In this document: in pieces, positions 30,001 to 41,227 of the stretch
How positions within the stretch are numbered: position 1 is the stretch's first letter
Layout: every line of letters starts with the position of its first letter
Source of the DNA: Eledone cirrhosa
Lineage: Eukaryota
DNA: 64,000 nucleotides
Reading direction: 5' to 3'
NCBI GenBank assembly: GCA_964016885.1
Contig: OZ024745.1
Coordinates: forward strand, 12,338,001-12,402,000
Made by a program: the position numbers and the translations under genes
The notes under the pieces: generated by a model
Told to the model about the DNA's origin: nothing
What the model saw: the letters and a program-made list of their open reading frames with translations, nothing else
Database searches by the model: none

Positions 30001-33000
30001 CACTAGTGGACTGTAACTCACCAATATTGAAGTATGTCATCTCTCTAGTAGACTGTATCTCACCAATATTGAAGTATGTCATCTCTCTAGTGGACTGTAA
30101 CTCACCAATATTGAAGTATGTCATCTCTCTAACAGACTGTAACTCACCAATACTGAAGTATGTCATCTCTCTAGTAGACTGTAACTCACCAATATTGAAG
30201 TATGTCATCTCTCTAGTAGACTGTAACTCACCAATATTGAAGTGTGTCATCTCTCTAGTAGACTAACTCACCAATATTGAAGTATGTCATCTCTCTAGTA
30301 GACTGTAACTCACCAATATTGAAGTATGTCATCTCTCTAGTGGACTGTAACTCACCAATATTGAAGTATGTCATCTCTCTAGTGGACTGTAACTCACCAA
30401 TATTGAAGTATGTCATCTCTCTCACAGACTGTAACTCACCAATATTGAAGTATGTCATCTCTCTAACAGACAGTAACTCACCAATATTGAAGTATGTCAT
30501 CTCGCTAGTAGACTGTAACTCACCAATATTGAAGTATGTCATCTCTCTAGTAGACTGTAACTCACCAATATTGAAGTATGTCATCTCACTAGTGGACTGT
30601 AACTCACCAATATTGAAGTATGTCATCTCTCTAGTAGACTGTAACTCACCAATATTGAAGGATGTCATCTCTCTAGTAGACTGTAACTCACCAATATTGA
30701 AGTATGTCATCTCACTAGTGGACTGTAACTCACCAATATTGAAGTATGTCATCTCTCTAGTAGACTGTAACTCACCAATATTGAAGTATGGCATCTCTCT
30801 AGTGGACTGTAACTCACCAATTTTGAAGTATGTCATCTCTCTAGTAGACTGTAACTCACCAATATTGAAGTATGTCATCTCTCTAGTGGACCGTAACTCA
30901 CCAATATTGAAGTATGTCATCTCTGTAGTAGACTGTAACACACCAATATTGAAGTATGTCATCTCTCTAACAGACTGTAACTCACCAATATAGAAGTATG
31001 TCATCTCTCTAGTAGACTGTAACTCACCAATATTGAAGTATGTCATCTCTCTAGTGGACTGTAACTCACCAACATTGAAGTATGTCATCTCTCTAGTAGA
31101 CTGTAACTCACCAATATTGAAGTATGTCATCTCTCTAGTAGACTGTAACTCACCAATATTGAAGTATGTCATCTCTCTAGTGGACTGTAACTCACCAATA
31201 TTGAAGGATGTCATCTCTCTAGTTGACTGTAACTCACCAATATTGAAGTATGTCATCTCTCTAGTAGACTGTAACTCACCAATATATAAGTATGTCATCT
31301 CTCTAGTAGACTGTAACACACCAATATTGAAGTATGTCATCTCTCTAGTAGACTGTAACTCACCGATATTGAAGTATGTCATCTCACTAACAGACTGTAA
31401 CTCACCAATATAGAAGTATGTCATCTCTCTAGTAGACTGTAACTCACCAATATTGAAGTATGTCATCTCTCTAGTAGACTGTAACTCACCAATATTGAAG
31501 TATGTCATCTCACTAGTAGACTGTAACTCACCAATATAGAAGTATGTCATCTCTCTAGTAGACTGTAACTCACCAATATTGAAGTATGTCATCTCTCTAG
31601 GGGAGTGTAACTCACCAATATTGAAGTATGTCATCTCTCTAGTAGACTGTAACTCTCCAACAGACTGTAACTCACCAATATTGAAGTATGTCATCTCTCT
31701 AGTAGACTGTAACTCACCAATATTGAAGTATGTCATCTCTCTAGTAGACTGTAACTCACCAATATTGAAGTTTGTCATCTCTCTAACAGACTGTAACTCA
31801 CCAATATTGAAGTATGTCATCTCTCTAGTAGACTGTAACTCACCAATATTGAAGTATGTCATCTCTCTAGTAGACTGTAACTCACCAATATTGAAGTATG
31901 TCATGTCTCTAGTAGACTGTAACTCACCAATATTGAAGTGTCATATCTCTAGTGGACTGTAACTCACCAATATTGAAGTGTCATCTCTCTAGTGGACTGT
32001 AACTCACCAATATTGAAGTATGTCATCTCTCTAGTGGACTGTAACTCACCAATATTGAAGTATGTCATCTCACTAGTGGACTGTAAGTCACCAATATTGA
32101 AGTGTCATCTCTCTAGTGGACTGTAACTCACCAATATTGAAGTGTCATCTCTCTAGTGGACTGTAACTCACCAATATTGAAGTATGTCATCTCTCTAGTG
32201 GACTGTAACTCACCAATATTGAAGTGTGTCATCTCTCTAGTGGACTGTAACTCACCAATATTGAAGTATGTCATCTCTCTAGTGGACTGTAACTCACCAA
32301 TATTGAAGTATGTCATCTCTCTAGTAGACTGTAACTCACCAATATTGAAGTATGTCATCTCTCTAGTAGACTGTAACTCTCCAATATTGAAGTGTCATCT
32401 CTCTAGTAGACTGTAACTCACCAATATTGAAGTATGTCATCTCTCTAGTAGACTGTAACTCACCAATATTGAAGTATGTCATCTCTCTAATAGACTGTAA
32501 CTCACCAATATAGAAGTATGTCATCTCTCTAACAGACAGTAACTCACCAATATTGAAGTATGTCATCTCGCTAGTAGACTGTAACTCACCAATATTGAAG
32601 TATGTCATCTCTCTAGTAGACTGTAACTCACCAATATTGAAGTATGTCATCTCACTAGTGGACTGTAACTCACCAATATTGAAGTATGTCATCTCTCTAG
32701 TAGACTGTAACTCACCAATATTGAAGGATGTCATCTCTCTAGTAGACTGTAACTCACCAATATTGAAGTATGTCATCTCACTAGTGGACTGTAACTCACC
32801 AATATTGAAGTATGTCATCTCTCTAGTAGACTGTAACTCACCAATATTGAAGTATGGCATCTCTCTAGTGGACTGTAACTCACCAATTTTGAAGTATGTC
32901 ATCTCTCTAGTAGACTGTAACTCACCAATATTGAATTATGTCATCTCTCTAGTAGACTGTAACTCACCAATATTGAACTATGTCATCTCTCTAGTAGACT

Positions 33001-35773
33001 GTAACTCACCAATATTGAAGTATGTCATCTCTCTAACAGACTGTAACTCACCAATATTGAAGTATGTCATCTCTCTAACAGACTGTAACTCACCAATATT
33101 GAAGTATGTCATCTCGCTAGTAGACTGTAACTCACCAATATTGAAGTATGTCATCTCTCTAGTAGACTGTAACTCACCAATATTGAAGTATGTCATCTCT
33201 CTAGTAGACTGTAACTCTCCAATATTGAAGTGTCATCTCTCTAGTAGACTGTAACTCACCAATATTGAAGTATGTCATCTCTCTAGTAGACTGTATCTCA
33301 CCAATATTGAAGTATGTCATCTCTCTAGTGGACTGTAACTCACCAATATTGAAGTATGTCATCTCTCTAACAGACTGTAACTCACCAATACTGAAGTATG
33401 TCATCTCTCTAGTAGACTGTAACTCACCAATATTGAAGTATGTCATCTCTCTAGTAGACTGTAACTCACCAATATTGAAGTGTGTCATCTCTCTAGTAGA
33501 CTAACTCACCAATATTGAAGTATGTCATCTCTCTAGTAGACTGTAACTCACCAATATTGAAGTATGTCATCTCTCTAGTGGACTGTAACTCACCAATATT
33601 GAAGTATGTCATCTCTCTAGTGGACTGTAACTCACCAATATTGAAGTATGTCATCTCTCTCACAGACTGTAACTCACCAATATTGAAGTATGTCATCTCT
33701 CTAACAGACAGTAACTCACCAATATTGAAGTATGTCATCTCGCTAGCAGACTGTAACTCACCAATATTGAAGTATGTCATCTCTCTAGTAGACTGTAACT
33801 CACCAATATTGAAGTATGTCATCTCACTAGTGGACTGTAACTCACCAATATTGAAGTATGTCATCTCTCTAGTAGACTGTAACTCACCAATATTGAAGGA
33901 TGTCATCTCTCTAGTAGACTGTAACTCACCAATATTGAAGTATGTCATCTCACTAGTGGACTGTAACTCACCAATATTGAAGTATGTCATCTCTCTAGTA
34001 GACTGTAACTCACCAATATTGAAGTATGGCATCTCTCTAGTGGACTGTAACTCACCAATTTTGAAGTATGTCATCTCTCTAGTAGACTGTAACTCACCAA
34101 TATTGAAGTATGTCATCTCTCTAGTGGACCGTAACTCACCAATATTGAAGTATGTCATCTCTGTAGTAGACTGTAACACACCAATATTGAAGTATGTCAT
34201 CTCTCTAACAGACTGTAACTCACCAATATAGAAGTATGTCATCTCTCTAGTAGACTGTAACTCACCAATATTGAAGTATGTCATCTCTCTAGTGGACTGT
34301 AACTCACCAACATTGAAGTATGTCATCTCTCTAGTAGACTGTAACTCACCAATATTGAAGTATGTCATCTCTCTAGTAGACTGTAACTCACCAATATTGA
34401 AGTATGTCATCTCTCTAGTGGACTGTAACTCACCAATATTGAAGGATGTCATCTCTCTAGTTGAATGTAACTCACCAATATTGAAGTATGTCATCTCTCT
34501 AGTAGACTGTAACTCACCAATATATAAGTATGTCATCTCTCTAGTAGACTGTAACACACCAATATTGAAGTATGTCATCTCTCTAGTAGACTGTAACTCA
34601 CCGATATTGAAGTATGTCATCTCACTAACAGACTGTAACTCACCAATATAGAAGTATGTCATCTCTCTAGTAGACTGTAACTCACCAATATTGAAGTATG
34701 TCATCTCTCTAGTAGACTGTAACTCACCAATATTGAAGTATGTCATCTCACTAGTAGACTGTAACTCACCAATATAGAAGTATGTCATCTCTCTAGTAGA
34801 CTGTAACTCACCAATATTGAAGTATGTCATCTCTCTAGGGGAGTGTAACTCACCAATATTGAAGTATGTCATCTCTCTAGTAGACTGTAACTCTCCAACA
34901 GACTGTAACTCACCAATATTGAAGTATGTCATCTCTCTAGTAGACTGTAACTCACCAATATTGAAGTATGTCATCTCTCTAGTAGACTGTAACTCACCAA
35001 TATTGAAGTTTGTCATCTCTCTAACAGACTGTAACTCACCAATATTGAAGTATGTCATCTCTCTAGTAGACTGTAACTCACCAATATTGAAGTATGTCAT
35101 CTCTCTAGTAGACTGTAACTCACCAATATTGAAGTATGTCATGTCTCTAGTAGACTGTAACTCACCAATATTGAAGTGTCATATCTCTAGTGGACTGTAA
35201 CTCACCAATATTGAAGTGTCATCTCTCTAGTGGACTGTAACTCACCAATATTGAAGTATGTCATCTCTCTAGTGGACTGTAACTCACCAATATTGAAGTA
35301 TGTCATCTCACTAGTGGACTGTAAGTCACCAATATTGAAGTGTCATCTCTCTAGTGGACTGTAACTCACCAATATTGAAGTGTCATCTCTCTAGTGGACT
35401 GTAACTCACCAATATTGAAGTATGTCATCTCTCTAGTGGACTGTAACTCACCAATATTGAAGTGTGTCATCTCTCTAGTGGACTGTAACTCACCAATATT
35501 GAAGTATGTCATCTCTCTAGTGGACTGTAACTCACCAATATTGAAGTATGTCATCTCTCTAGTAGACTGTAACTCACCAATATTGAAGTATGTCATCTCT
35601 CTAGTAGACTGTAACTCTCCAATATTGAAGTGTCATCTCTCTAGTAGACTGTAACTCACCAATATTGAAGTATGTCATCTCTCTAGTAGACTGTAACTCA
35701 CCAATATTGAAGTATGTCATCTCTCTAATAGACTGTAACTCACCAATATTGAAGTTTGTCATCTCCCTAGTAG
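1..35773. repeat. Giant tandem satellite, 42-bp monomer, ~850 copies, runs off the left edge of the window
   Basis: Monomer ATCTCTCTAGTAGACTGTAACTCACCAATATTGAAGTATGTC is repeated head-to-tail with few substitutions (gta/gtg/aca/ata variants). The last degenerate unit ends at ...gtcatctccctagtag (~35,773). Rare variants recur at 4536, 2310, 3526, 3960 and 3238 bp spacings. Confidence 0.99.
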
Positions 35774-35778
35774 GGTCA

Positions 35779-35852
35779 CCTTACGGGGTCGATAAAATAA
35801 AGTACCAGTAATGTGCTGGGTAATTGCTGGTTTTGTACTAATAGTAGAAACA
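35779..35852 (-). mobile_element. Truncated SINE-like fragment abutting the satellite edge
   Basis: Minus strand reads ...ACTGGTACTTTATTTTATCGACCCCGTAAGG, the same core as the copy at 49.5 kb (GACTGGTACTTTATTTC...AGGATGAAAAG). Resembles an abundant octopod SINE-like repeat (from memory, not searched). Confidence 0.5.
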
Positions 35853-35918
35853 ATTATCTCTGTAAACCTGCTTAGAAATACATTTCTCTTCCTTTCAATG
35901 TGATTTATATTCTTATTC

Positions 35919-35921
<3 letters not shown>

Positions 35922-35974
<53 letters not shown>
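35922..35974. repeat. (GT)n microsatellite
   Basis: Pure TG run. Confidence 0.98.
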
Positions 35975-35977
<3 letters not shown>

Positions 35978-36425
35978 AAGTAACCCACCCTTCCCAACTT
36001 CCCACCTTGTGTGTGTGTGACATCTCACACCTATGCAGGTTTAGTTGGCCTCCTCCAAGGTATATCCCCCCATCCCACCATTCCCACTCTTCCCACCATC
36101 CCACGCCTTTTTCGTATCTTGCTCGCAGTCAGTCTTTCTTTTAATTTCGGGGCATCTGTGTTTAAACTGGACAAAGTGGCGGCCTTCATACTTCATTATA
36201 AACTAGCAGACAAAGGCAGTTATGTGGAATGGTGACAATTAAAAGTAGTCAAGTAGAAATTTAATCAACTAATCAACTAATCAATGTCTATGTTGACCAA
36301 GAGGCTTCACATTCTCAACACAACTGCACATTCAACTTTTACCGTGTATCATTATTGATATAATCGATTTACATGACGTAACTGGTAAACAAATCAAATG
36401 TTGACCAACTCTGAGACTATACCAA

Positions 36426-36465
<40 letters not shown>

Positions 36466-36548
36466 TCTCTCTCTCTGGTTTTATGTATGCTTTTGTTAAG
36501 TCTTATAAACGCCAGCTTAATAATGTCAAAGTTAGTTATATGTGGTAG

Positions 36549-36929
36549 GAAACTGTGAGGAGAGCTGGTCAGCAGAAGGTCTTGAGAGAAGAAACTCTGA
36601 GGAGAGCTGGTCAGCAGAAGGTCTTGAGAGAAGAAACTCTGAGGAGAGCTGGTCAGCAGAAGGTCTTCAGAGAAGAAACTCTGAGGAGAGCTGGTCAGCA
36701 GAAGATCTTCAGAGAAGAAACTCTGAGGAGAGTTGGACAGCAGAAGGTCTTCAGAGAAGAAACTCTGAGGAGAGCTGGTCAGCAGAAGATCTTCAGAGAA
36801 GAAACTCTGAGGAGAGCTGGACAGCAGAAGGTCTTCAGAGAAGAAACTCTGAGGAGAGCTGGTCAGCAGAAGATCTTCAGAGAAGAAACTCTGAGGAGAG
36901 CTGGAAAGCAGAAGGTCTTCAGAGAAGAA
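36549..36929. repeat. Minisatellite, 42-bp unit, ~9 copies
   Basis: GAAACTCTGAGGAGAGCTGGTCAGCAGAAGGTCTTCAGAGAA; unit starts at 36591 and 36633 are 42 apart. Later units alternate (gatctt/ggtctt, ggtc/ggac), giving an 84-bp dimer. Confidence 0.97.
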
Positions 36930-37277
36930 CCCGGCCCCACTTAAAGGAGTGTTTTGGCCCTTAACTTCTTACACTCTAAATGGGCCAGGCTGCATCTAAG
37001 TCATGACTCCTGAGTGGGGTGATGGTGGTGGTGGTTGTCTTGGTAGCTCTCTAGATGGAGGTTGTGTTATATATATATATATATATATACAGAGAGAGAG
37101 AAAGAGAGATAGAGACATAGTTATACTTTGGGAGGGTCATGCTGCCAATAAAAACACACGCGTCTGTTGGTTTTCACTTCAATTTATAATAAACTTTCAG
37201 TATATGTTTTTGTATCAAAAACAAAATGCTATACGACAGAATAAAGGAGAGACATAAAATAACAAAAAAAGTAATGA

Positions 37278-37318
37278 CTGATGAGGTCATAGAATGTGTG
37301 ACGAAAGAGCTTTGACAA
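37278..37318 (+). ncRNA. Degenerate minimal hammerhead-like motif
   Basis: CTGATGA-G-GTCATA-gaatg-TGTGAC-GAAA followed by gagcttt and AATAAA. Stem I pairing is not evident. Confidence 0.35.
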
Positions 37319-37489
37319 TAAACAAATCAAGAAACCATCCCGTTATTAAATTAACCGACTGGAAGTTTATAATAAATTAAAGTGAAAACCAGCAGGCGCC
37401 TGTGTTATTGACTCTACCAAAATATAACAATATCTGTTTCAACACACGTCTTCAGATAAGAAATCTTGCAAAACAAATTCTAAAACGAA

Positions 37490-37606
<117 letters not shown>

Positions 37607-37607
<1 letters not shown>

Positions 37608-38302
37608 TCAGGAAAGAAGAGTGACACAGTTTGCTATACAAAAAAGGTTTTTAATCTCATTGCTGACAATTCTTTCTCTGAACTGGTAGGTCTAGAGATC
37701 GCTACCCGCTTATTTTCACGTTACTCGATCACCAATACAAAATTATAACCAGTCAATTCATCGGAGCTTGTGAGAATGAAAGGAATATACAGGCATGGCT
37801 ACTATGGCATTCAATCAGAACAATAACAACAATACTAACAATGCTAGCAATAAATTATTTGAAATAATCACATCAATCTAGGTATGAAGTATAGTATATC
37901 TAGGATTTTAGTGTGTAAAACTAGCTGACATGAGGCAGATGTATAAAATTGACATGTCAATTTTATACATCTGCCTCATGTCAGCTAGTTTTACACACTA
38001 AAATCCTAGATATACTATACTTCATACCTAGATTGATGTGATTATTTCAAATAATTTATTGCTAGCATTGTTAGTATTGTTGTTATTGTTCTGATTGAAT
38101 GCCATAGTAGCCATGCCTGTATATTCCTTTCATTCTCACAAGCTCCGATGAATTGACTGGTTATAATTTTGTATTGGTGATCGAGTAACGTGAAAATAAG
38201 CGGGTAGCGATCTCTAGACCTACCAGTTCAGAGAAAGAATTGTCAGCAATGAGATTAAAAACCTTTTTTGTATAGCAAACCGTGTCATTCTTCTTTCCTG
38301 AT
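37607..38302. repeat. 696-bp spacerless palindrome (348-bp arms)
   Basis: Centre ...AAAATTGACA|TGTCAATTTT... at 37954/37955. The arms are reverse complements, with only two mismatches seen, both near the outer end. Confidence 0.97.
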
Positions 38303-38473
38303 TTATCATTACTCCAAGTGTTTACAACATAGGAATTACAGCGTACTCGCAGCATCACTATGGAAACGCTTTGTTGAGTCAAACTTAGCCAAGCGTTAAT
38401 ATCATCCAGTACCCGGAGTACCATAACTGGACTACACCTAAGTGGACTACCTATAACAATAATTTGTTACCCC

Positions 38474-38514
<41 letters not shown>

Positions 38515-38548
38515 GTATAAAATCAATACAATATAATTACCTCATTAC

Positions 38549-38669
38549 CAGAGGTTTCCCGAATGAGGCGAATACGAAATAAACGACTTCATTCGTTCGT
38601 CGGTATTGCCTCGTCTGACGAACGAATGAAGTCGTTTATTTCGTATTCGCCTCATTCGGGAAACCTCTG
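38549..38669. repeat. Hairpin: perfect 53-bp inverted arms, 15-nt spacer (MITE-like)
   Basis: CAGAGGTTTCCCGAATGAGGCG...CATTCGTTCGTC / GACGAACGAATG...CGGGAAACCTCTG. Confidence 0.93.
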
Positions 38670-38746
38670 TTAAATTTTGCTCTGATATTTACATAGAGCA
38701 CTCTTCATTTCTATGACCTTTTCTGTTTCCAACTGAAATTTCAATA

Positions 38747-38793
<47 letters not shown>

Positions 38794-38883
38794 ATTTACA
38801 TATATATAAAGTCACAGATATATAAGTGGCAACCGGTCACGATGTGACTCAATGAAGAATTAATAAATTAAATAATCAGAACA

Positions 38884-39005
38884 ATATATCATAAATCATG
38901 TCCTTAGAATTATTAGATAAAATATATACCAATATATCGTTAATTATGCTAATTGGGAGAGGAAATGGTATATATTTTATCTAATAACTCTAAGGACATG
39001 ATTTA

Positions 39006-39013
<8 letters not shown>
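38884..39013. repeat. Inverted repeat, ~48-bp arms, ~34-bp spacer, ending in (TA)n
   Basis: ATATCATAAATCATGTCCTTAGAATTATTAGATAAAATATATACCA vs TGGTATATATTTTATCTAATAACTCTAAGGACATGATTTATGATAT (one mismatch). Confidence 0.9.
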
Positions 39014-39051
<38 letters not shown>

Positions 39052-39124
39052 ATAATAATAAATTTGAAGAGTAAAATCCAAAGAGAGCTCGATAAGGATA
39101 AATATATATCAAATATATATTTTA

Positions 39125-39208
<84 letters not shown>

Positions 39209-39211
<3 letters not shown>

Positions 39212-39261
39212 ATAATCATAGAAATACTAACTTATCGCACGCGTATATATATGTGTGTATA

Positions 39262-39293
<32 letters not shown>

Positions 39294-39331
39294 CGCGTGC
39301 GATAATAAGTTAGTATTTCTATGATTATCAT
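39209..39331. repeat. Inverted repeat flanking a (TA)n tract
   Basis: ATGATAATCATAGAAATACTAACTTATCGCACGCGTATA ... TATACGCGTGCGATAATAAGTTAGTATTTCTATGATTATCAT (3-nt indel). Confidence 0.9.
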
Positions 39332-39756
39332 CCCGTGCGTGTGAGTAAGTAGATGCATATGAGGCTAGCTGGGATTATGTGTGTGTGTGTGTGTGTGTGG
39401 ATATGTGTACATATGAGTGTGGACATGGGCGGCATTTGCATGCATGAAGGGATATCTTTCTTTTAGTCTAGAAAATGACCTTCCAAATAAATGACGTGAC
39501 TGGTAAGCCGCCTTAAAACATTCACATACACACACTAAATATTATCAACTATATGAAATACATACATACATATATATATATGTATGTATGTATGTATTTC
39601 ATATAGTGTGTGTGTGTGTGTGCGTTTGCATGTCTTAGGAGATCAAATTTATTGAAAGAGATTTATAAATATGTAACCTATTGTTTAAATGAACTATTTG
39701 ATATACATACATACATATATATACATATATACATACAAACATACATATATACATAT

Positions 39757-41073
39757 ATGGTGGCTGCCAACTCGTTTTCGAGTACGGCCACTACTTTACA
39801 TCCATGTAGGAGAACCCCTACCGATGCGCTGAACGAGTGTGGCTTTTTAGTCCAGCCAGCGACTTGAAAACTCTGATACAAACACGACACTTGTGACAAT
39901 TATTGACACCTAGTGCTGGGCCCATGGTACCATGTGACCCAAGGTGTGGTGTGAGATCACTACTCGACCTGAATACCCTTCCACATACATTACATGACGT
40001 CGTCTGATGAACACTTATAGCTCCACAGGTGCCTGCTTCCCTGTTCTTGTGCACTCTCAGGTGACTCTTTAGACCTGCCATGCTCAGACAAACCCTATTA
40101 CAGGTCTCACAAGTCAGGTCAGGCCGTCTGTCAGTGCCTTCGGGAAGGCCAACATGGATTCCTTTCCGGACATCTCTTTTTAGTGTCGCGTGCCTTCTTC
40201 TTGTTTCCTCAAATAGACTCTTGCCACTATCCACTGCTTTCCTCCAATGCGATCGGTCGCTAGCGCATGCTTCCCAGTGCTCACAAGGGATGTTACTTTT
40301 CTTGAGCGCCCCCTTAATGCAGTCCTTAAAACGCATCTTGGGTTTGCTCTCGTTCCTTTTTCCCATTTGGAGCTCGCCATAAAGCAGCTGCTTCGGCATT
40401 CGCTTGTCATTCATCCTCACAAGATGGCCTGTCCAGCGCAGCTGATGTTTCAAAATCAAGGACTCGACCTTATCACAGCCACTTCTGTCCAGAACCTCGA
40501 CGTCACTGACAAACATTTGCCAAGTTATGCCGAAGATCCGACGTAAGCAGTACTGGTGGAACCTGTCAAGTCGCTTTATCTGACTACGGTAGACCATCCA
40601 CGTCTCACAAACAAAGAAGTGCCGCGAGCACACAAGCATGATACACTTTGAGCTTTGTCTTTACCAAAATTCCGTGTTGAGACCAGAGACGCTTGTTCAG
40701 TTTTCCAAAATCATCACCGGCTTTCTGTATCCTGTTTGATATTTCCCCATCAAGATCGCAGGACATACTCAGAGTACTTCCAAGATATACAAAACTGCCA
40801 ATGGCTACTGTCTTTTTCAGGCTTATGGTAAGTCCCAATGCAGTACACGCATTAGAGAATGCCTCCATGAGATGCTGCATATCAATCTCCGTGTGCGCTA
40901 CCAGGTCACAGTCATCTGCATAAAGCAAATTTCTGATTAGTGACAAGTGAACCTTTGACTTAGCATTGAACCTCCTGATATTAAACAGCTTTCCAGTTGA
41001 TCGATAGCGAACATATATACCATGATTTCAGTTCCCGAAGGCCTGTTCGAAAACAATGGAGAAGTACAAAGCA
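39757..41073 (-). mobile_element. 5'-truncated RTE-clade LINE (family 2), pseudogenised
   Basis: LLYADDCDLVAH, GSFVYLGS, CETW...LRRI...QLRWTGHLVRM...PKQLLYGEL, C-terminal C2H2-type fingers, short 3'UTR and TATG-type tail. Near-identical to 62259-63813. Confidence 0.93.
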
Positions 41074-41180
41074 GCATACAACATACATTTATACATATAT
41101 GCATACATATATACATATATACATATATACATACATATATATAAGTTATAAGAATCAAAGTTCTGATCAAATCATTCATA

Positions 41181-41227
41181 TACTTACAATTGTTTCCTCC
41201 AAACCGAGGTTTGGATTCTTCGGAGCA
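41181..41227 (-). ncRNA. Minimal type I hammerhead ribozyme motif (variant core)
   Basis: TGCT-CCGAAGA-A-TCCAAACC-tc-GGTTTGGA-G-GAAA-CAATTG-TA-AGTA on the minus strand. Confidence 0.6.

Noticed and set aside
10-35654. Giant ORFs on both strands (VISLVDCNSPILKY and REMTYFNIGELQST repeats, up to 3397 aa)
   Set aside because: A 42-bp unit without a stop in one frame per strand yields these automatically. Stops and 1-2 bp frameshifts occur on both strands and are propagated in higher-order repeats, so there is no sign of coding constraint.
1-35773. CRISPR-like array
   Set aside because: Units are contiguous with no unique spacers, there are no cas genes, and the context is eukaryotic.
1-35773. 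CCAAT box, TGTCA motif and CAATATTG palindrome in each monomer as regulatory sites
   Set aside because: Short motifs expected by chance in a 42-mer; no independent support.
36542-36964. Repeat protein ORFs (NSEESWSAEGLQRR / ETLRRAGQQKVFRE)
   Set aside because: Two overlapping frames are both open because of the minisatellite; no gene context.
37760-38424. Possible decayed PLE coding in the palindrome arm (EYTGMAT, LRVLDDI)
   Set aside because: Resemblance to GIY-YIG and RT motifs is too short and interrupted to call without a profile search.
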